NCBI RefSeq assembly: GCF_000372725.1
Contig: NW_005202427.1
Coordinates: forward strand, 987,581 to 1,027,292
Length of the DNA: 39,712 nucleotides
Direction of reading: 5' to 3'
From: Emiliania huxleyi CCMP1516
Lineage: Eukaryota
Each line of letters begins with the position of its first letter. The first letter of the stretch is position 1. The notes beneath the pieces were generated by a model. That model saw nothing but the letters and a program-made list of their open reading frames with translations, was not told the DNA's origin and did no database searches. Both the position numbers and the translations under genes were made by a program. Positions 1-12,108 of this stretch are shown one piece after another.

Positions 1-29
1 TCTACAACGCAGGCGCCTCGTCACGCGGC

Positions 30-125
30 GGATGTAGAGCTCTACAGCTCTACAGCGCTCCAGAGCGCTCTACATCTCTACAGCTCTACAGCGCTCTACA
101 CTCTACATCCTCTACACCCTCCCTC
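30..125. repeat. Low-complexity CTCTACA(G)-motif repeat, probably the end of a dispersed non-autonomous element
   Basis: Several ctctaca/ctctacag units interleaved with gcgct. It abuts the 3' end of the minus-strand ORF 96..365. Confidence 0.5.
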
Positions 126-501
126 AGCGCACGCCGCTGCCTTGGCCTTCCGCTTCGTCGCCTCAGCGTAGTCGGTGGCTAGGCGCTTGCCGCTCGCCAG
201 CGGGCGCAGCCTGTCATGGTGCACCGCGGTGACGCACGTGCCGTCGTACACCACGGCGCGCGCCGACTCTGCATAGTTGCCGAAGACGCCGTCGCCCCTC
301 TGGTACGGGTTGGTGTCCGGATCGTGCGCCTGCGTCGGGTCCCTGCAGCCGAGCCTCACCTCCATGACCTTTGCCGAGGCGCCGAAGGCGCGGGCGACGT
401 TCGTGACGTGGGTGTTGAGGGATGTGTGCCCCGTGGCCAGCCAGCCGCCGTAATTTTTTTTGTTCTGGGCGATTTGAGGGAGGCTGCCTCTGCAGGAAGA
501 G

Positions 502-1908
502 ATGGCCGCCGACCGTACCCGCCTGGCTGCCTTTTACCACGCGGCGCCCTTCAGCCCAGCTACCCCGAGCTCGCTCATCCCCGCGCCAGATCTGACTCCT
601 CACGCCGAGGCGTTCATTGGGGCGCAGCCGCCGCACAACGCCTTTACTCCTCTCGAGCCCATCCCTTACCACGGCACGCACGCAATCGCCGGTACGGCGC
701 GCAGCGACAGCGCGGCGAGCGAGGCCAAGCTCAGCGCGGCGGCACCTGAGTTCAAGCCGAAGCCGCCGCCCAAGCTCAACGCGGATGCGCCCGCCTTCAA
801 CCCGAGTGAGGCCGCGGCCGAGCAGAAGCAGCTGCGGAGCCTCGTCGCCGCTTCCGAGGCGCAGCTCGCGTCTCAGCGGAAAGAGATCAGCGCGTGCAAG
901 GTGCGCTGACCGTGCGCAGCCGTGCCCGACCCATCCTGCCTCGGCCACCGCCCACCGCCCACCCCTGCTGCGACACAGGCGAGGGAGACGGCGCTGGCCA
1001 CGGAGGCGAGGGAGGCGCGCGCACTGGCGCAGTCGCTGGCGGAGCGAGCCGACCTGGCGGGACGCCAGCTCAGCGCGGCGAACGCCGAACGCGGGCGCGT
1101 CGAGATGAAGCTGCACGACGCGCAGCGCGAGGCGGGCGAGGCTTGCCGTGCCCGCGCCGAGGCGGTCGAGCAGGCGAGGCGCGGGCTGGAGGAGGAGCGG
1201 CGCCAGCACGCGGCCGCGATCGGAGAGGCTCGACACGCCCACGAGGCAGAGCGAGAGCGGCAGAGGCGCGAGCACGAAACGGAGCTTGCGCGGGCGCGCC
1301 GGCTGCACGCCGAGGAGACGACGAGCCTGCGCGACCAGCAGAACGAGCTCGTGCAGCAGAAGGAGGCGCTCGTCCACCAGCTCCACCTGCTACGCCGCAG
1401 CTTGCAGCAGAACCGCCCGCCGCCGCCGAACCACCCGCCGCCGCCGAACCACCCGCCGCCGCCGAACCACCCGCCGCCGCCGAACCACCCGCCGCCGAAC
1501 CACCCGCCGCCGAACTTGCCCCTCTACCGCGCCACCACACCGCCGCCGCCTCTGCCGATGCCGCCGCCGCAGCTACCGATGCACGCGCCGCCGCAGCTCG
1601 GGATGAGGCAGCCCCCCCCGCCGCCGATGCCGCCGCCGCCGGCAGCGGCAGCGGACCCGGTCCTCGCCCTGCTCTCGCAGCACCCGCTCGCCGAGCCCGG
1701 CGCCCCGCGACCCAACCCGGTGCCGCTGACTCGCCGGGCAAACACAAACAGCCTCTGTGCCATGGGCGGGCGCCGGTCGCCGCGCAAGGCAGCGGCCAGG
1801 CCACCTGCGCACGCCCGGCGGCCCGCCTCGCATGGCGCTGCGCACAAGCCTTGCGAGGGGCTCTCTTTCGGGCAGCCTCCGGTGCCCATCTACCGCAGCC
1901 GCGGCTGA
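502..1908 (+). CDS. PAM2-motif (PABP-interacting) protein with a coiled coil and a proline-rich C-terminus; exons 502-900 and 979-1908
   Basis: A GT..AG phase-0 intron (901-978) joins ORF 502..909 to ORF 922..1908 in frame. Motifs KLSAAAPEFKP and KLNADAPAFNP fit PAM2 (LxxxAxxFxP). An E/R/A-rich heptad region and NHPPPP repeats follow. Confidence 0.7.
1411..1515 (+). repeat. Coding minisatellite (aaccacccgccgccgccg)n encoding NHPPPP
   Basis: About six 15-18-bp tandem units. Confidence 0.85.
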
Positions 1909-3108
1909 GTTGGACTGAGGTGAGGGTGATCTCACCACAATCCTTCATCATCCATCATCATGCATCAGCCTCCGGTGCATGAGATCAAGGTGTGCCGCCA
2001 GGTTGCACGGGTAGAGATGGGGTCGGGGAGGGAGGGGGGGGGGGGGAAGGGGTCCGGGGGGTGATGACTGCGAGCGACGAGTGCTCGGCTGGCTGATCCG
2101 CCTCCGGCGCCAAGGGGGGAGGGGGGGGGGGGGGGAAAGGTATTCGGGCGTGTGCGGGAAAAGCCCCCCCACCGCCTGGTGCGCGTCTACCAAATCTGGA
2201 CAAAGGCTGGAAGAATGGCGGGATGGAGTCGTGCCCCTGACGGCCGTCGGCGATTATGTGTGACTGTGTCTCTGAGTCTGGATCGCGGGATCGCCGAGAT
2301 CAGAGCGGAGAGACAGACGATTCATTCAGACGATGCATGAGAAGTTGAGTATGAACACCAACATGTACCAGGCCACGCGCGCGCACGCCATATCGCGCAC
2401 TAATCGCGCGGTAACACCGACCGACGTCTAACGTGTAACGAGACTAACGAGTGCGCGGTCACACGCCAAACCGGCCGGCTACCGTACACCGCGTACCGCT
2501 ACCGGGATGGGGGATCGGGGATGGGGCGGGAACCGGGTAACCCTAACCGCAAACGCATAATCCATAAAACCGCGGCGCGGCCCGCCCGCGCCCCGGCGGG
2601 GGCGTGGCGGCTGGCGCGGTGGCCGGTGGGTTTTTTCCTTTTCGGTCTCGCGCGGTCCGCGGATCTCGCGGTGGACGGTTGCGCGCCACGCGAGAGGCTC
2701 TCGGCACTCGGGAGAGGGGGAGAGGCGCAGACCGCAGAGCCAGAGCGCAGAGCGCAGAGGCCCCGAGACCTCACGACCCGCAGCACACCCCCACACGCGC
2801 ACCCAGTCCAAGATCGGTCTCGCCGCGAGATCTAGGCGTCTATATTTGTAGATAGAGAGAGCTTATAGAGGGATGGGATTACACGCGGAGTTTCTCGGCC
2901 GTATGTCGGAACGGCGCAGCACCCTCTGCACGGGCGGGCCGTCCCGCGAGGGGTGGGGAGGGGGAGCGCCGGCCGCCGGTCCCCGAGCGGCTACTGACGT
3001 TTACATGATGAGATACATGTGCGCGTGGGCGCCGCCCCGGCCACGCCTCCCTGCGCTGGGCGCGGCTGCGCCGTGAGAGATGCCAGAGGAGGAGGTCGAG
3101 CCCGATGA

Positions 3109-5546
3109 TCATCGCTTCCGAGGCGGCGTCAGCGGCCGGTTCGCCGAGAAGCCGAATTTGTGCTTCTCTGTCGGCTTGAGGATGCGGAAGGAGCACATCA
3201 GGCTCTCGTCTACCGACATGACGGCGCCCGCGTTGTCAAACTCGCCGCAGTAGTTTGGCGCCGAGAAGATGGTGACTAGCTGCCGGTCGGCAAAGAACTC
3301 GTACCCGTCCTCGACAACCTGACGGCAAGACCAGTGGGGGGAAAGAGCTCAGCGATGTCTCCTCCGCCAGCCACAGCCCGCCCCGCCGCAGCAACGCCCC
3401 GTTGCAGCAACTCCCGCCGCATCCCGCCCCGCCGCATCCCGCCCCGCCGCCGCCTCCCGCACCTGGTGCGCGCGCACGACGAGGTCGAAGTCGTGCTTCT
3501 GCAGGAACTTCGAGACGACGTCGGCGCCAAACGTGAAGGAGACGCCGCGGTCGTTCTCCGCCCACCCCGTAATATCCGCCTCCGGGTCCGACCAGAGCAG
3601 GTCGCAGAGCAGGCCCGCGTCAGGCACCTGCCCCGCGCGCGCGCGCGACTACCGGGTGAGCAGCGGAGCGAGGGCGGGCGCCACAGCGCACGCGCGCGGC
3701 AAAGGGAGGAGCTCCCCCCNNNNNNNNNNNNNNNNNNNNNNNNNNNNNNNNNNNNNNNNNNNNNNNNNNNNNNNNNNNNNNNNNNNNNNNNNNNNNNNNN
3801 NNNNNNNNNNNNNNNNNNNNNNNNNNNNNNNNNNNNNNNNNNNNNNNNNNNNNNNNNNNNNNNNNNNNNNNNNNNNNNNNNNNNNNNNNNNNNNNNNNNN
3901 NNNNNNNNNNNNNNNNNNNNNNNNNNNNNNNNNNNNNNNNNNNNNNNNNNNNNNNNNNNNNNNNNNNNNNNNNNNNNNNNNNNNNNNNNNNNNNNNNNNN
4001 NNNNNNNNNNNNNNNNNNNNNNNNNNNNNNNNNNNNNNNNNNNNNNNNNNNNNNNNNNNNNNNNNNNNNNNNNNNNNNNNNNNNNNNNNNNNNNNNNNNN
4101 NNNNNNNNNNNNNNNNNNNNNNNNNNNNNNNNNNNNNNNNNNNNNNNNNNNNNNNNNNNNNNNNNNNNNNNNNNNNNNNNNNNNNNNNNNNNNNNNNNNN
4201 NNNNNNNNNNNNNNNNNNNNNNNNNNNNNNNNNNNNNNNNNNNNNNNNNNNNNNNNNNNNNNNNNNNNNNNNNNNNNNNNNNNNNNNNNNNNNNNNNNNN
4301 NNNNNNNNNNNNNNNNNNNNNNNNNNNNNNNNNNNNNNNNNNNNNNNNNNNNNNNNNNNNNNNNNNNNNNNNGAAAGGAAAAAAAGGAGAGGAAAGGAGG
4401 GGAGACGAAAGAAAGAGGAGGGGGGGGACAGAAAATAAAAACAACAAAGAGGGGGGGGGCGAAGTCGCTGCACCGGCTGGAGGATGAGCGGGCTCGGCAC
4501 GGAGGGGTGGGGCGGGGCAAGCGGGAAGGGGGGGGGGGGGGGAGGGGGCCTCTTGGAAGCGCTTCCAAATCTTGATGTTGAGCCGCCGCTTGCACTCGTC
4601 GTAGAAGCCGTAGATGCGGTTGATCGAGGCGCACTCGTGGTTGCCGCGCAGCAGGAAGAAGTTTTCCGGGTACTTGACCTGAGACGCGAGCCGGAATACA
4701 AGAATGGTGTGCGACATCATACCGTGTTCTCTTCTGTAGGACTTGGACGTGTGCGCGAGCAGCAGGCACATGCGATCTGGGGAGATACGGGGAGATCCGG
4801 GGAGATCTGGGGAGATACGGGGGCTCTTGACCTTGTACGCGAGCAGCAGGCACATGAGATCTGGGGAGATCTGGGGAGATACGGGGAGATCTGGGGAGAT
4901 ATGGGGGCTCTTGACCTTGTACGCGAGCAGCAGGCACATGCACTCGAGTCCGTTCTTCCCGCGGTCCACGTAGTCGCTGCGAGGTGCGGAGGGGGTGCGG
5001 GTGGGCGGCGGGGAGGCGCGCGAGGCGGGAGGGGCGAAGCGGCGGCACAGCCGGGGCCTCGCGCGCGAGTCGCAACCTCCCGTCCGCCCCCGCCCACCTT
5101 GCCCCGCGCCTCTCCCCTCCCCCTCCGCGCGGGCGCTCACCCGAGAAAGAGGTAGTTTGCCTCCGGAGGGAAGCCGCAGTGCTCAAAGAGGCGCAGCAGG
5201 TCGTGGTACTGCCCGTGGATGTCGCCCACGATCTGTATCGGCGCCTCCAGCTCGAGCAGCGCGTGCTGATTCTGGATGACCTCGCTGCTCTGGTCGATCA
5301 GCATCGTCACCTCGTCCGTGGTCAGGTTCACGTTTGTCCCCGGCTTCTCTGCGAGGCGCGAGGCGGGCAAGGGCGCTCGGCGCGCGCGACGCTGAGCGTG
5401 AGCCGCGGCGCCCCTCCCCTCCCCCCTCCCTCGGGCCACAGGCGCGCGGGTAGCGCGGCGTCGGGTCGCGTGAAACGCTCACTTTCTCTGGCCTCCAGCA
5501 GCTTCTTGATGATGGCGTTCAGCTTTGCGTCATTGGGATCGCCCAT
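3109..5546 (-). CDS. PP1: Serine/threonine protein phosphatase 1 catalytic subunit; exons ~5546-5483, 5348-5141, 4976-4916, 4678-4550, [exon(s) in N-gap], 3627-3463, 3318-3109
   Basis: PPP motifs [38 protein letters not shown] and [13 protein letters not shown]. The C-terminal RPLTPPRKR carries the PP1 CDK-site motif. Visible splice junctions keep the frame; one uses a GC donor (4549). Confidence 0.96.
4754..4940. repeat. Intronic ~10-bp (GGGGAGATCT/ATAC) repeats interleaved with duplicated exon ends
   Basis: gggctcttgaccttgtacgcgagcagcaggcacatg occurs at ~4822 and ~4905, with a partial copy at ~4754. The copies are separated by ggggagatct-type units. Confidence 0.85.
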
Positions 5547-6102
5547 CGCGCCGGCGCGGGAGATCGGCCGATTCTTGCGGCGCGGCGCTCTCCCCTCCGA
5601 TCAATCCCGCGGCGCCGAGCAGCAACCGACCTTGCCAAGACGGGGACGCACGGCCCGTCGGCGGGCAAACGGGAGCAGCAGGGGGCGGGGGCGGTCGGGG
5701 GGGGGGGCGCGATCACTAGGGGCGCGGCGGGACGGCGCGACGGTGGGTTGGGCGTGAGTGTCTGCTGCTGTGGCTCGAGCCGACCTCCTGTGGGCGCCTA
5801 GCCTAAGCCTCCAGGCCACCAAGCCGAGGAGTTCCGCGAAGAGAAATCGCTCAGTGAGGTTGCGTCGTCATGTTAGCCTCTACTGTCTACTAGCTCCAAG
5901 CCGGAACGAAAAGAAAGAAAATATTTAGAGGACAGGAATTTGTTCAAGCCGTCGCCCACCCTGGGCGTCTGCCTCTTCCTTTGCAGTTCCGCTCGCGACA
6001 AGCCGCCGACTGGTCATCTTGCTCGATCTGCGCGTCGCGTGGTCGGCGGCGTGCTCGACTGGCGTGCGCTTGCTGAAGAGGCCGCGGTCGGGGGGTGCAT
6101 GC

Positions 6103-6843
6103 ATGCGTCTGCCCTGGGGGCCGCGCGGGTGGCAGGAGAGCGGCACGAGGGCGTCGGTCGCCGACTCGATCGACTCCGATGTGAGCGAGGAGGGCCACCG
6201 CCGCTTCCACACCGCCCCCGCTAGGTACGGTGCGCGCTCGGGCCAGCTCAAGCGGCGGTCGGCCCCCCCGATCTGGGAGGTGGCGGATCGGTTCCACGAG
6301 GAGCCTGACCGCTCCGCTCTTGACGATCCGAGCGCGGCGAGTCAGCGGCGGGAGAGGCTCCGCGACGAGGCTCAGTCCTCGGCGTGCGCGTTTCTGCAGC
6401 GAGAGAGGGACCTCCTCGCGCGCTTGCCTCAGAGCATCGGCCGCGGCGGCAGCGGCGCCGACAAGCTCTGGAGCGAAGTAGCCGACTTCAAGCGAGAGGC
6501 CCTCGCGGAGCGCGCGCGGCTGCAGCGGCTTTGCCAGGCGAGCGACATTGCGGGGCGGCGCGGGGCGGAGCCGCCGCTCGAGTCCCTCCTCGCCGAGGAC
6601 CCGACGGTGACCGCCTTCGACCTCTCGCTGCAGCACTCCCTCCTCTTCGAGGAGCTCCTGCGTTATCAGGAAGCGGCGAGCGGCGCAGCCGAGCAGCCCG
6701 AGCTGCCCCCCGGGCACCCGATGCTGCGCGCGCGCGCGGCTCAGTGCATGCCACTTCTTCCGCTCTCGCCGCCGGTCCTGCCGACCGCGGCCTCGCCTGT
6801 CAACGAGAACGGCGACAACGACATTTTTGAGATGGACAGCTGA
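6103..6843 (+). CDS. Hypothetical protein (~246 aa)
   Basis: Uninterrupted ATG-TGA ORF with coding-like codon usage and AT-richer flanks. No family recognised. Confidence 0.5.
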   Translation: MRLPWGPRGWQESGTRASVADSIDSDVSEEGHRRFHTAPARYGARSGQLKRRSAPPIWEVADRFHEEPDRSALDDPSAASQRRERLRDEAQSSACAFLQRERDLLARLPQSIGRGGSGADKLWSEVADFKREALAERARLQRLCQASDIAGRRGAEPPLESLLAEDPTVTAFDLSLQHSLLFEELLRYQEAASGAAEQPELPPGHPMLRARAAQCMPLLPLSPPVLPTAASPVNENGDNDIFEMDS

Positions 6844-7480
6844 GCAACCCCCCCCCCCCCCCCCGCTGCGAGCATGGACACCATTCATTGTACATTTTGG
6901 CGCTCGGCCGCGCCGTGTATCTTTGGTCGCGGAGCGTGAAGCGCATGCCTCTTGTCCTCGTCGTGTGTTCGGGACCCCGTACTTGGGTCCCCGTTTTTCG
7001 CAGGCATGCGCAGCGCTCCATGTGTGTACGCGGCGTGACTGTGCCATCTGTGTGCGGAGATCATCGATTCTCTCAAGGATCATATGTCGCTGCTCTCGTC
7101 TCATGTTTCATTCATGATCATGTAAATTCATGTATCATGATATCATGTGTGCGCGTGTTCATGAGATTGTTTGAAATTGTCCCCTCCCCGCCATAGACCC
7201 CACAATACCCTCACCAGATATACGTATACCACATCTCGTGTGTTGTGTTTATAATAATTCATCCACACACGCAAAAAAGCTCACGCCGCCAAATGCAAAT
7301 CTGTCCTCTCTCCCGGCGCCGACACACGGCAGACACATGCGCGGCACACGCCGCGTCTCTCAGAGAGCACAGAGGCGTTCTCTGTGCCTCCACACGGGGA
7401 GAGGGAGCGCGCCCTCACACACATGGCGGCGACATCTCCTGCACCGGCCCTGCACCGCCGGGCTTGAGACGCGGGCCGTC

Positions 7481-9289
7481 TCACGCCGCCGGGAGGACGA
7501 GGGTGCTAGAGAGCACCCACGAGAGGTCCGGTAGCGAGTCGACCCACGCAGCGACGTCGCCTGCACACGCGAGGGGCGGGGGGGTGAGACGCGCGACTCT
7601 CCCTCCCACCAACCGCCCCTCCCGCCGCCGGCGCGCCCTCGGCGCGCGCGCCAGCGGAACTCGGGGCCGCCGCAGGCGCAGCGCCCATCCCGAGCTGCGC
7701 CATGTCTGCACTCAGCAGGTCACCCGCCGCCGGCGACGCGAACGCGCCTGGCACGCGCGGGCGAGGGGGGGGGGGGGGGTCAGAGCCGCAAGGCCGGCGG
7801 GCGGACTGGAGGGGCGAAGGCAGGTCAGCGGCCCGCCCGCGTCTCCGAGCATGCTCACGTCTCCGAGCGTGCTCAGGTCGAGCATCGACCCGGCGGCGGA
7901 CGCGGGGCCGCTCGGCGGAGCAAAGGCGGCGGGCGTGGCGCTGAAATCGCCGAACCCATCGTCGGGCGGCGGCGACGGGCTCGAGGCCGGGGCGGCGCTC
8001 GGCGCCGCCACCGGCGCGGACCCCTCAAAAGTGCTGAAGTCCCCGAAATCGCCCGCACCGGACGCGGCAGCCGGCTGTGCAGGCTCCGGCGAGCCAAAAG
8101 TGCCAAACTCACCGAAGTCGTCCTCGGGCGAAGAGGACGAGGGCGCGGGCGCGAGCGAGGAGGAGGCGCCACCCGAGGGGGCGGGAGGCGCGGCGGGCTC
8201 GGGCGAGGCGAAGGGGGGCGGTGAGCCAAACGGCGTCGCCCCCTTCAGCCCCTCGCCCGGTGGCGTGCCCGCCGCCGCCGCGCCTGGCGGGGTGATGCCG
8301 GAGGGCGGCATGACGGCGCCTGGAGGAGGCGTCGGCGCGAAGCCGCCCGGGCCGGGGCTAGGCGTGTCGACGTCGGACACGGCGAGGCCGAGCGCCTGTT
8401 CGGGAGGGTCCGAGAGGGCTTGTGGGATGCTTCGAGGCCGACGAGCGGCGCAGGGTGAGTGCGAGGCTGGGAGACTGGCGCTTTGCCGTTGGCGTCAGCC
8501 TTGGCGCTCGGGCTCTGAAAAGGGGGGTGTCAAGTTCAGTCGGGGGGGGGGGGGGGGAGCCTCGATGAAGCGCTGCTGGAGGAGGGAGCCCGCCCACGCG
8601 CCCGCCTCGCTCGGCTCGGGCTGCCAGAGCGACGTGTTGCACGCGAACCCGCTCCCGTTCTCCTTGTCCGTCAGCGCAGAGGCGAGCGCCTCTTCCAGTC
8701 TCACGCCCGCCACCGAGGAGGAGGCAGAGGCGGAGGCGGCGGGGAAAACACCCGCGAGCACCTCCCTCGCGACGCGCCGCAGCTCCGCACCGTCGCCCTC
8801 AAAGGCGGACGCGCTGACGAGGCCGACGGCGGGCGCGGCGGGAGGCGCGGCGGCGGACGGCGCGGCGGGCGCGGCGACCGGCTGAGCCTGGCTCGAGTCG
8901 AAGTCGCCGAAGTCATCTCCGCCGCCGTCGCCGCCAAAGTCGCCAAAGTCGTCGTCTCCGCCTCCCCCGCCGCCGAAGTCGCCGAAGCCGTCGTCCTCTT
9001 CGCCGCCTAAAGGAGGAGCGTGGCACCCCCTCCGAAGAGGGCTGCGATGGGCGGGCCCCTCCCAGGCCCACGCAGTCGCACCGCCCCCGCCGCCAAAGTC
9101 TCCAAAGCCGTCATCCTCGCCGCCGCCGCCGCCGCCGCTGCCGCCGCCGCCACCAAAGTCACCAAAGTCGTCATCGCCCCCGTCGCCCCCGCCGCCCCCG
9201 CCGCCGCCCGCCCCCTCCTCCGGCGGCGCAAACCGGTCAAACTCCTCCGCAGCGCCCAGCCCGCCCGCCGCCTCGCCGCCGCCGCCAGC

Positions 9290-9322
<33 letters not shown>

Positions 9323-10249
9323 CCCAATCTCGAAGCTCGCCTCCTGCATCTCCTCCCCAACCTCGAAGTTGCCGCCCGGCACCGACGCCGCCACGGCCGT
9401 GCGAGCCTCCGCAGGCGCCGCCTCTGCCGGCGGCGCAAAGCTCCGCGCGAGCTCCTCGTCCGCGTCGTCGTCCTCCTCTGCGCTCCCCGCCTCGAAGGGG
9501 TCCCCCTCGAAGGGATCCCCCTCCGGAGCCGGGGCCGTGGCGGGCCCCGCGACCTCGCCACCGCCACCCTCGCCGCCGCCCCCTCCCCCGCCGCCATCAT
9601 CCCCGCCCTCGCCGCTCACGCCGCCGCTCACGCCGCCCTCCCCGCCGTCAGTCTTGTCCCCTCCGCCGCCGCCCTCGCCTTCTCCCTCGCCACCACCGCA
9701 CTCCCCGCCGCCCGCCCCACCTTCGCCCTCCTCCCCCAAATCCTGAGCCTTGGGATCGGCCGCGGCGGGCGTCTCGGTGGCCGCCGCGGGCGGCTCGGCG
9801 GCCGCTCCACGCGCCAAGGCTGCCTCCTCCTCCTCCTCGGAGTCGGTCGCTGTCGGACCAGCGCTGCCCTCCCGCTCCATCGACTCGATCGACAGGCTCG
9901 AGCCGAACGAGACGGCGCTCTTGGCGGGCATCGCAAACTCGGCAAACTCATCGTCGTCGTCCTCCGCTTTGCCTCCGGCCGGCGGCACGGCGGGCACTCC
10001 AAACTCGCTGAACTCGTCGTCGTCGTCGTCCAGCGCGCCGGCCGCGGGCGCGGGATCGCCCAGCTCGATCCCCGGGCTGCCCAGCTCGCTGCCATACTGC
10101 GAGGTGCTGTGGGCGCCGAGGCCAAAGGCGGAGAAGTCGTCGTCCTCCTCCTCCTCTGGCGAGGTGGTGGGCTGGCGCGCCCGGTTGTCGCTGCTGAATT
10201 CGCTAAAGTCGTCGTCCTCCCACTCCTCCTCTCCGTTCTTGCGAGACAT
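7481..10249 (-). CDS. Aftiphilin-like acidic AP-1/clathrin accessory protein (multi-exon)
   Basis: More than 10 DDFGDF/DDFSEF/DFGEF gamma-adaptin-ear-binding motifs. WAGSLLQQRFIE|ALG (across a GC-AG intron ~8559-8396) and terminal WVDSLPDLSWVLSSTLVLP resemble the two conserved aftiphilin C-terminal blocks (WGGS..LL..LG; LPDL.FM). Confidence 0.75.
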
Positions 10250-10784
10250 GGCTGCGCGCTGCTGTGTAACACACGCCGGCCGCCAGGCGAGGCACGGCGC
10301 TCACAGCAGGGCCCAGCAGAGGGCGAGGGAACCCGAGATGCTGGGGCGAGACTCGTCGAGACTGCGTCAGCTGTTCCCACAGCAGGCTGGAAGTACCTGA
10401 CCGCAATGGGATTCTTTTTTGATAGCACGCGGCCAGGCCAGTCCGCACCTGTGTCGAGCAGCCTGCGTCTTCCACTTTCTTTTCTGTGGTTTTTGTGATT
10501 TGACATTTGTGTGTGTCTGTCTGTTTGAGAGTCATCCTGAGAGAGCGAGTTTGTTTTGTTAATGTAATTCTTTTTGGCGAGAGAGGCGGTTTAAGAATTC
10601 TTCCAAAAAGAAATATGAGAACGGCCGTGGCTTGGCACCTTGGCTGGGAGCGGCGCTGCAACGTCGGTCCTCGGTGCGGGAGACGTAGGGAGTGTCTCTT
10701 GGGGCTGCTGTGCTCGTCCTGGCAGAGCCCGTCCCTTTCCTTCAGCGCGCCCGCCATGGCGCCGTCGAGGCGGAGCGCACTGCT

Positions 10785-11306
10785 TTACGAGAGAGCGGGC
10801 AGGTTCTTGTTGTGGTTCGGTCCTCTGGAGCGCTTCGGCGATCCCCACCTCTTCCGGCGCGAGGAGGCGGCGCGAATCTGGCCGTGCCTCCGGATTGCCC
10901 AGTGGTCTTTGAAGCGAGCCTCCGGTGTGGCGCGCACCTTGATGACCTTGTTCCTCAGTGCGTCCATCAGGACCCTCCGCTTGAGGTGTTTTTTGTGCGG
11001 CACCACGCCGGGGTAGCGGTCCTGCACGAGCTCGTACAGCCGATTCGTGGTCTGCATCCCAGTGTCGCGCAGCACATTCATCACGGCGCCGCATGGGCCT
11101 GGCAACGTTGCCGGCTCCGGCAAGGGCATCACAAACTCGCCGCCCGCCCGCGCGCTGTCGAGCGCTCTCCTAAGTCGCTCAGCGCGGGCTCGCCGGCTAA
11201 ACGACGCTGCAAAGGCAGCGGGCGTCGCCGCCACAGGAGACGCGCAGAGTGCGCGGCTGCGCGGTGCGAGGACGACGCCAACTGTGCGCGCAGCGAGGCG
11301 GAGCAT
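10785..11306 (-). CDS. Small basic, probably mitochondrion-targeted protein (possible mitoribosomal winged-helix protein)
   Basis: ATG at 11306 starts an Arg/Ala-rich, acid-free presequence (MLRLAARTVGVVLAPRSRALC). The basic helical core is VMNVLRDTG..TT..LYELV...HKKHLKRRVL. Confidence 0.6.
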   Translation of the reverse strand: MLRLAARTVGVVLAPRSRALCASPVAATPAAFAASFSRRARAERLRRALDSARAGGEFVMPLPEPATLPGPCGAVMNVLRDTGMQTTNRLYELVQDRYPGVVPHKKHLKRRVLMDALRNKVIKVRATPEARFKDHWAIRRHGQIRAASSRRKRWGSPKRSRGPNHNKNLPALS

Positions 11307-11416
11307 CGCTGGCAAAAGAATTTTGGCACGCGCGTTGCTAGACGGATTGAAGGAGAGCGATGAGTCAGAGGATGAAACAGCAGGGGAGAGAACGAGGACG
11401 AGAGTGAGAAGAACGA

Positions 11417-11600
11417 GAGGTGGCATGAAGGTCGCTGCGAGAATTGGTGAGAAACTGCGAAGAGAGATAGGAAGTGGTAGACGAGCGGGCGGTGGGCGAC
11501 GGCTAGCACCACACTCCTCTCCTTAAAATCCCTGTGTGGTGGCGGCGTGCCGTCCTCCCATCCCTCCCTTGGGTTCTCTGTTTTCTTTCTTTCTTTCTTT
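11417..11600 (-). repeat. Copy of the dispersed ~110-240-bp 'AAAGAAAGAAAACAGA..GGGAGGGATGGGAGGACGGCACGCC' element
   Basis: Its reverse complement is near-identical to copies at 35912, 36030, 36576 and 37406. Confidence 0.9.
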
Positions 11601-12108
11601 GGATTGAAGAAGATCCACACAAAGATCCCTGACACCAAGATCGTGGTTCGTGCAGGGCGGGGACACATGTCCCTGAATCCCATCTCGTCTGAGAGTTTGT
11701 GCCAGTGCCCAGTGCAAACGGGCCTCCTTCTGTTTGGGCACGGGCAGGATTCAGAGCCTGAACCTTAGGGTTGCCCACAGGACCCAAAAGAAAAATAGCT
11801 AGAGCCTCAAACCATGTATGAGCAAATAAAAGAGACTCCTCCCCCACACGCTCTGGAAGGCAGCCCTCGCTACCGAGGGCCGGCGCGCAGAGCTGCGGAC
11901 CTACTCGAGAGGCTCTACTCGGTATGTGTAAGCGGCTCGCTCTCGTGGTGGGTTGGCCCTGAGACCCTATCATGAGAGCCTTCCGGGGCCGCGCCAAGCA
12001 GCGCGGCAGTCCTCCGCGCACAGGCGAGTCTGTAATGAACATCGTCGATGGCCGGGGGGCGTGGCTCGATCGCCGCGATCCATGCGATGACGCGTGAGGC
12101 CGCCGGAC

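Noticed and set aside
96..445. Minus-strand exon-like ORF ending in the CTCTACA repeat
   Set aside because: It looks coding but has no recognisable family or reliable boundaries.
3276..5186. Long ORFs spanning the N-gap (also those crossing 17324-17423)
   Set aside because: Artefacts of reading through Ns and introns. The real genes are spliced PP1 and the IP3 kinase.
7245..10498. Long plus-strand ORFs opposite the aftiphilin-like gene, and similar antisense ORFs elsewhere
   Set aside because: Shadow ORFs expected from very high GC content, with no independent motifs.
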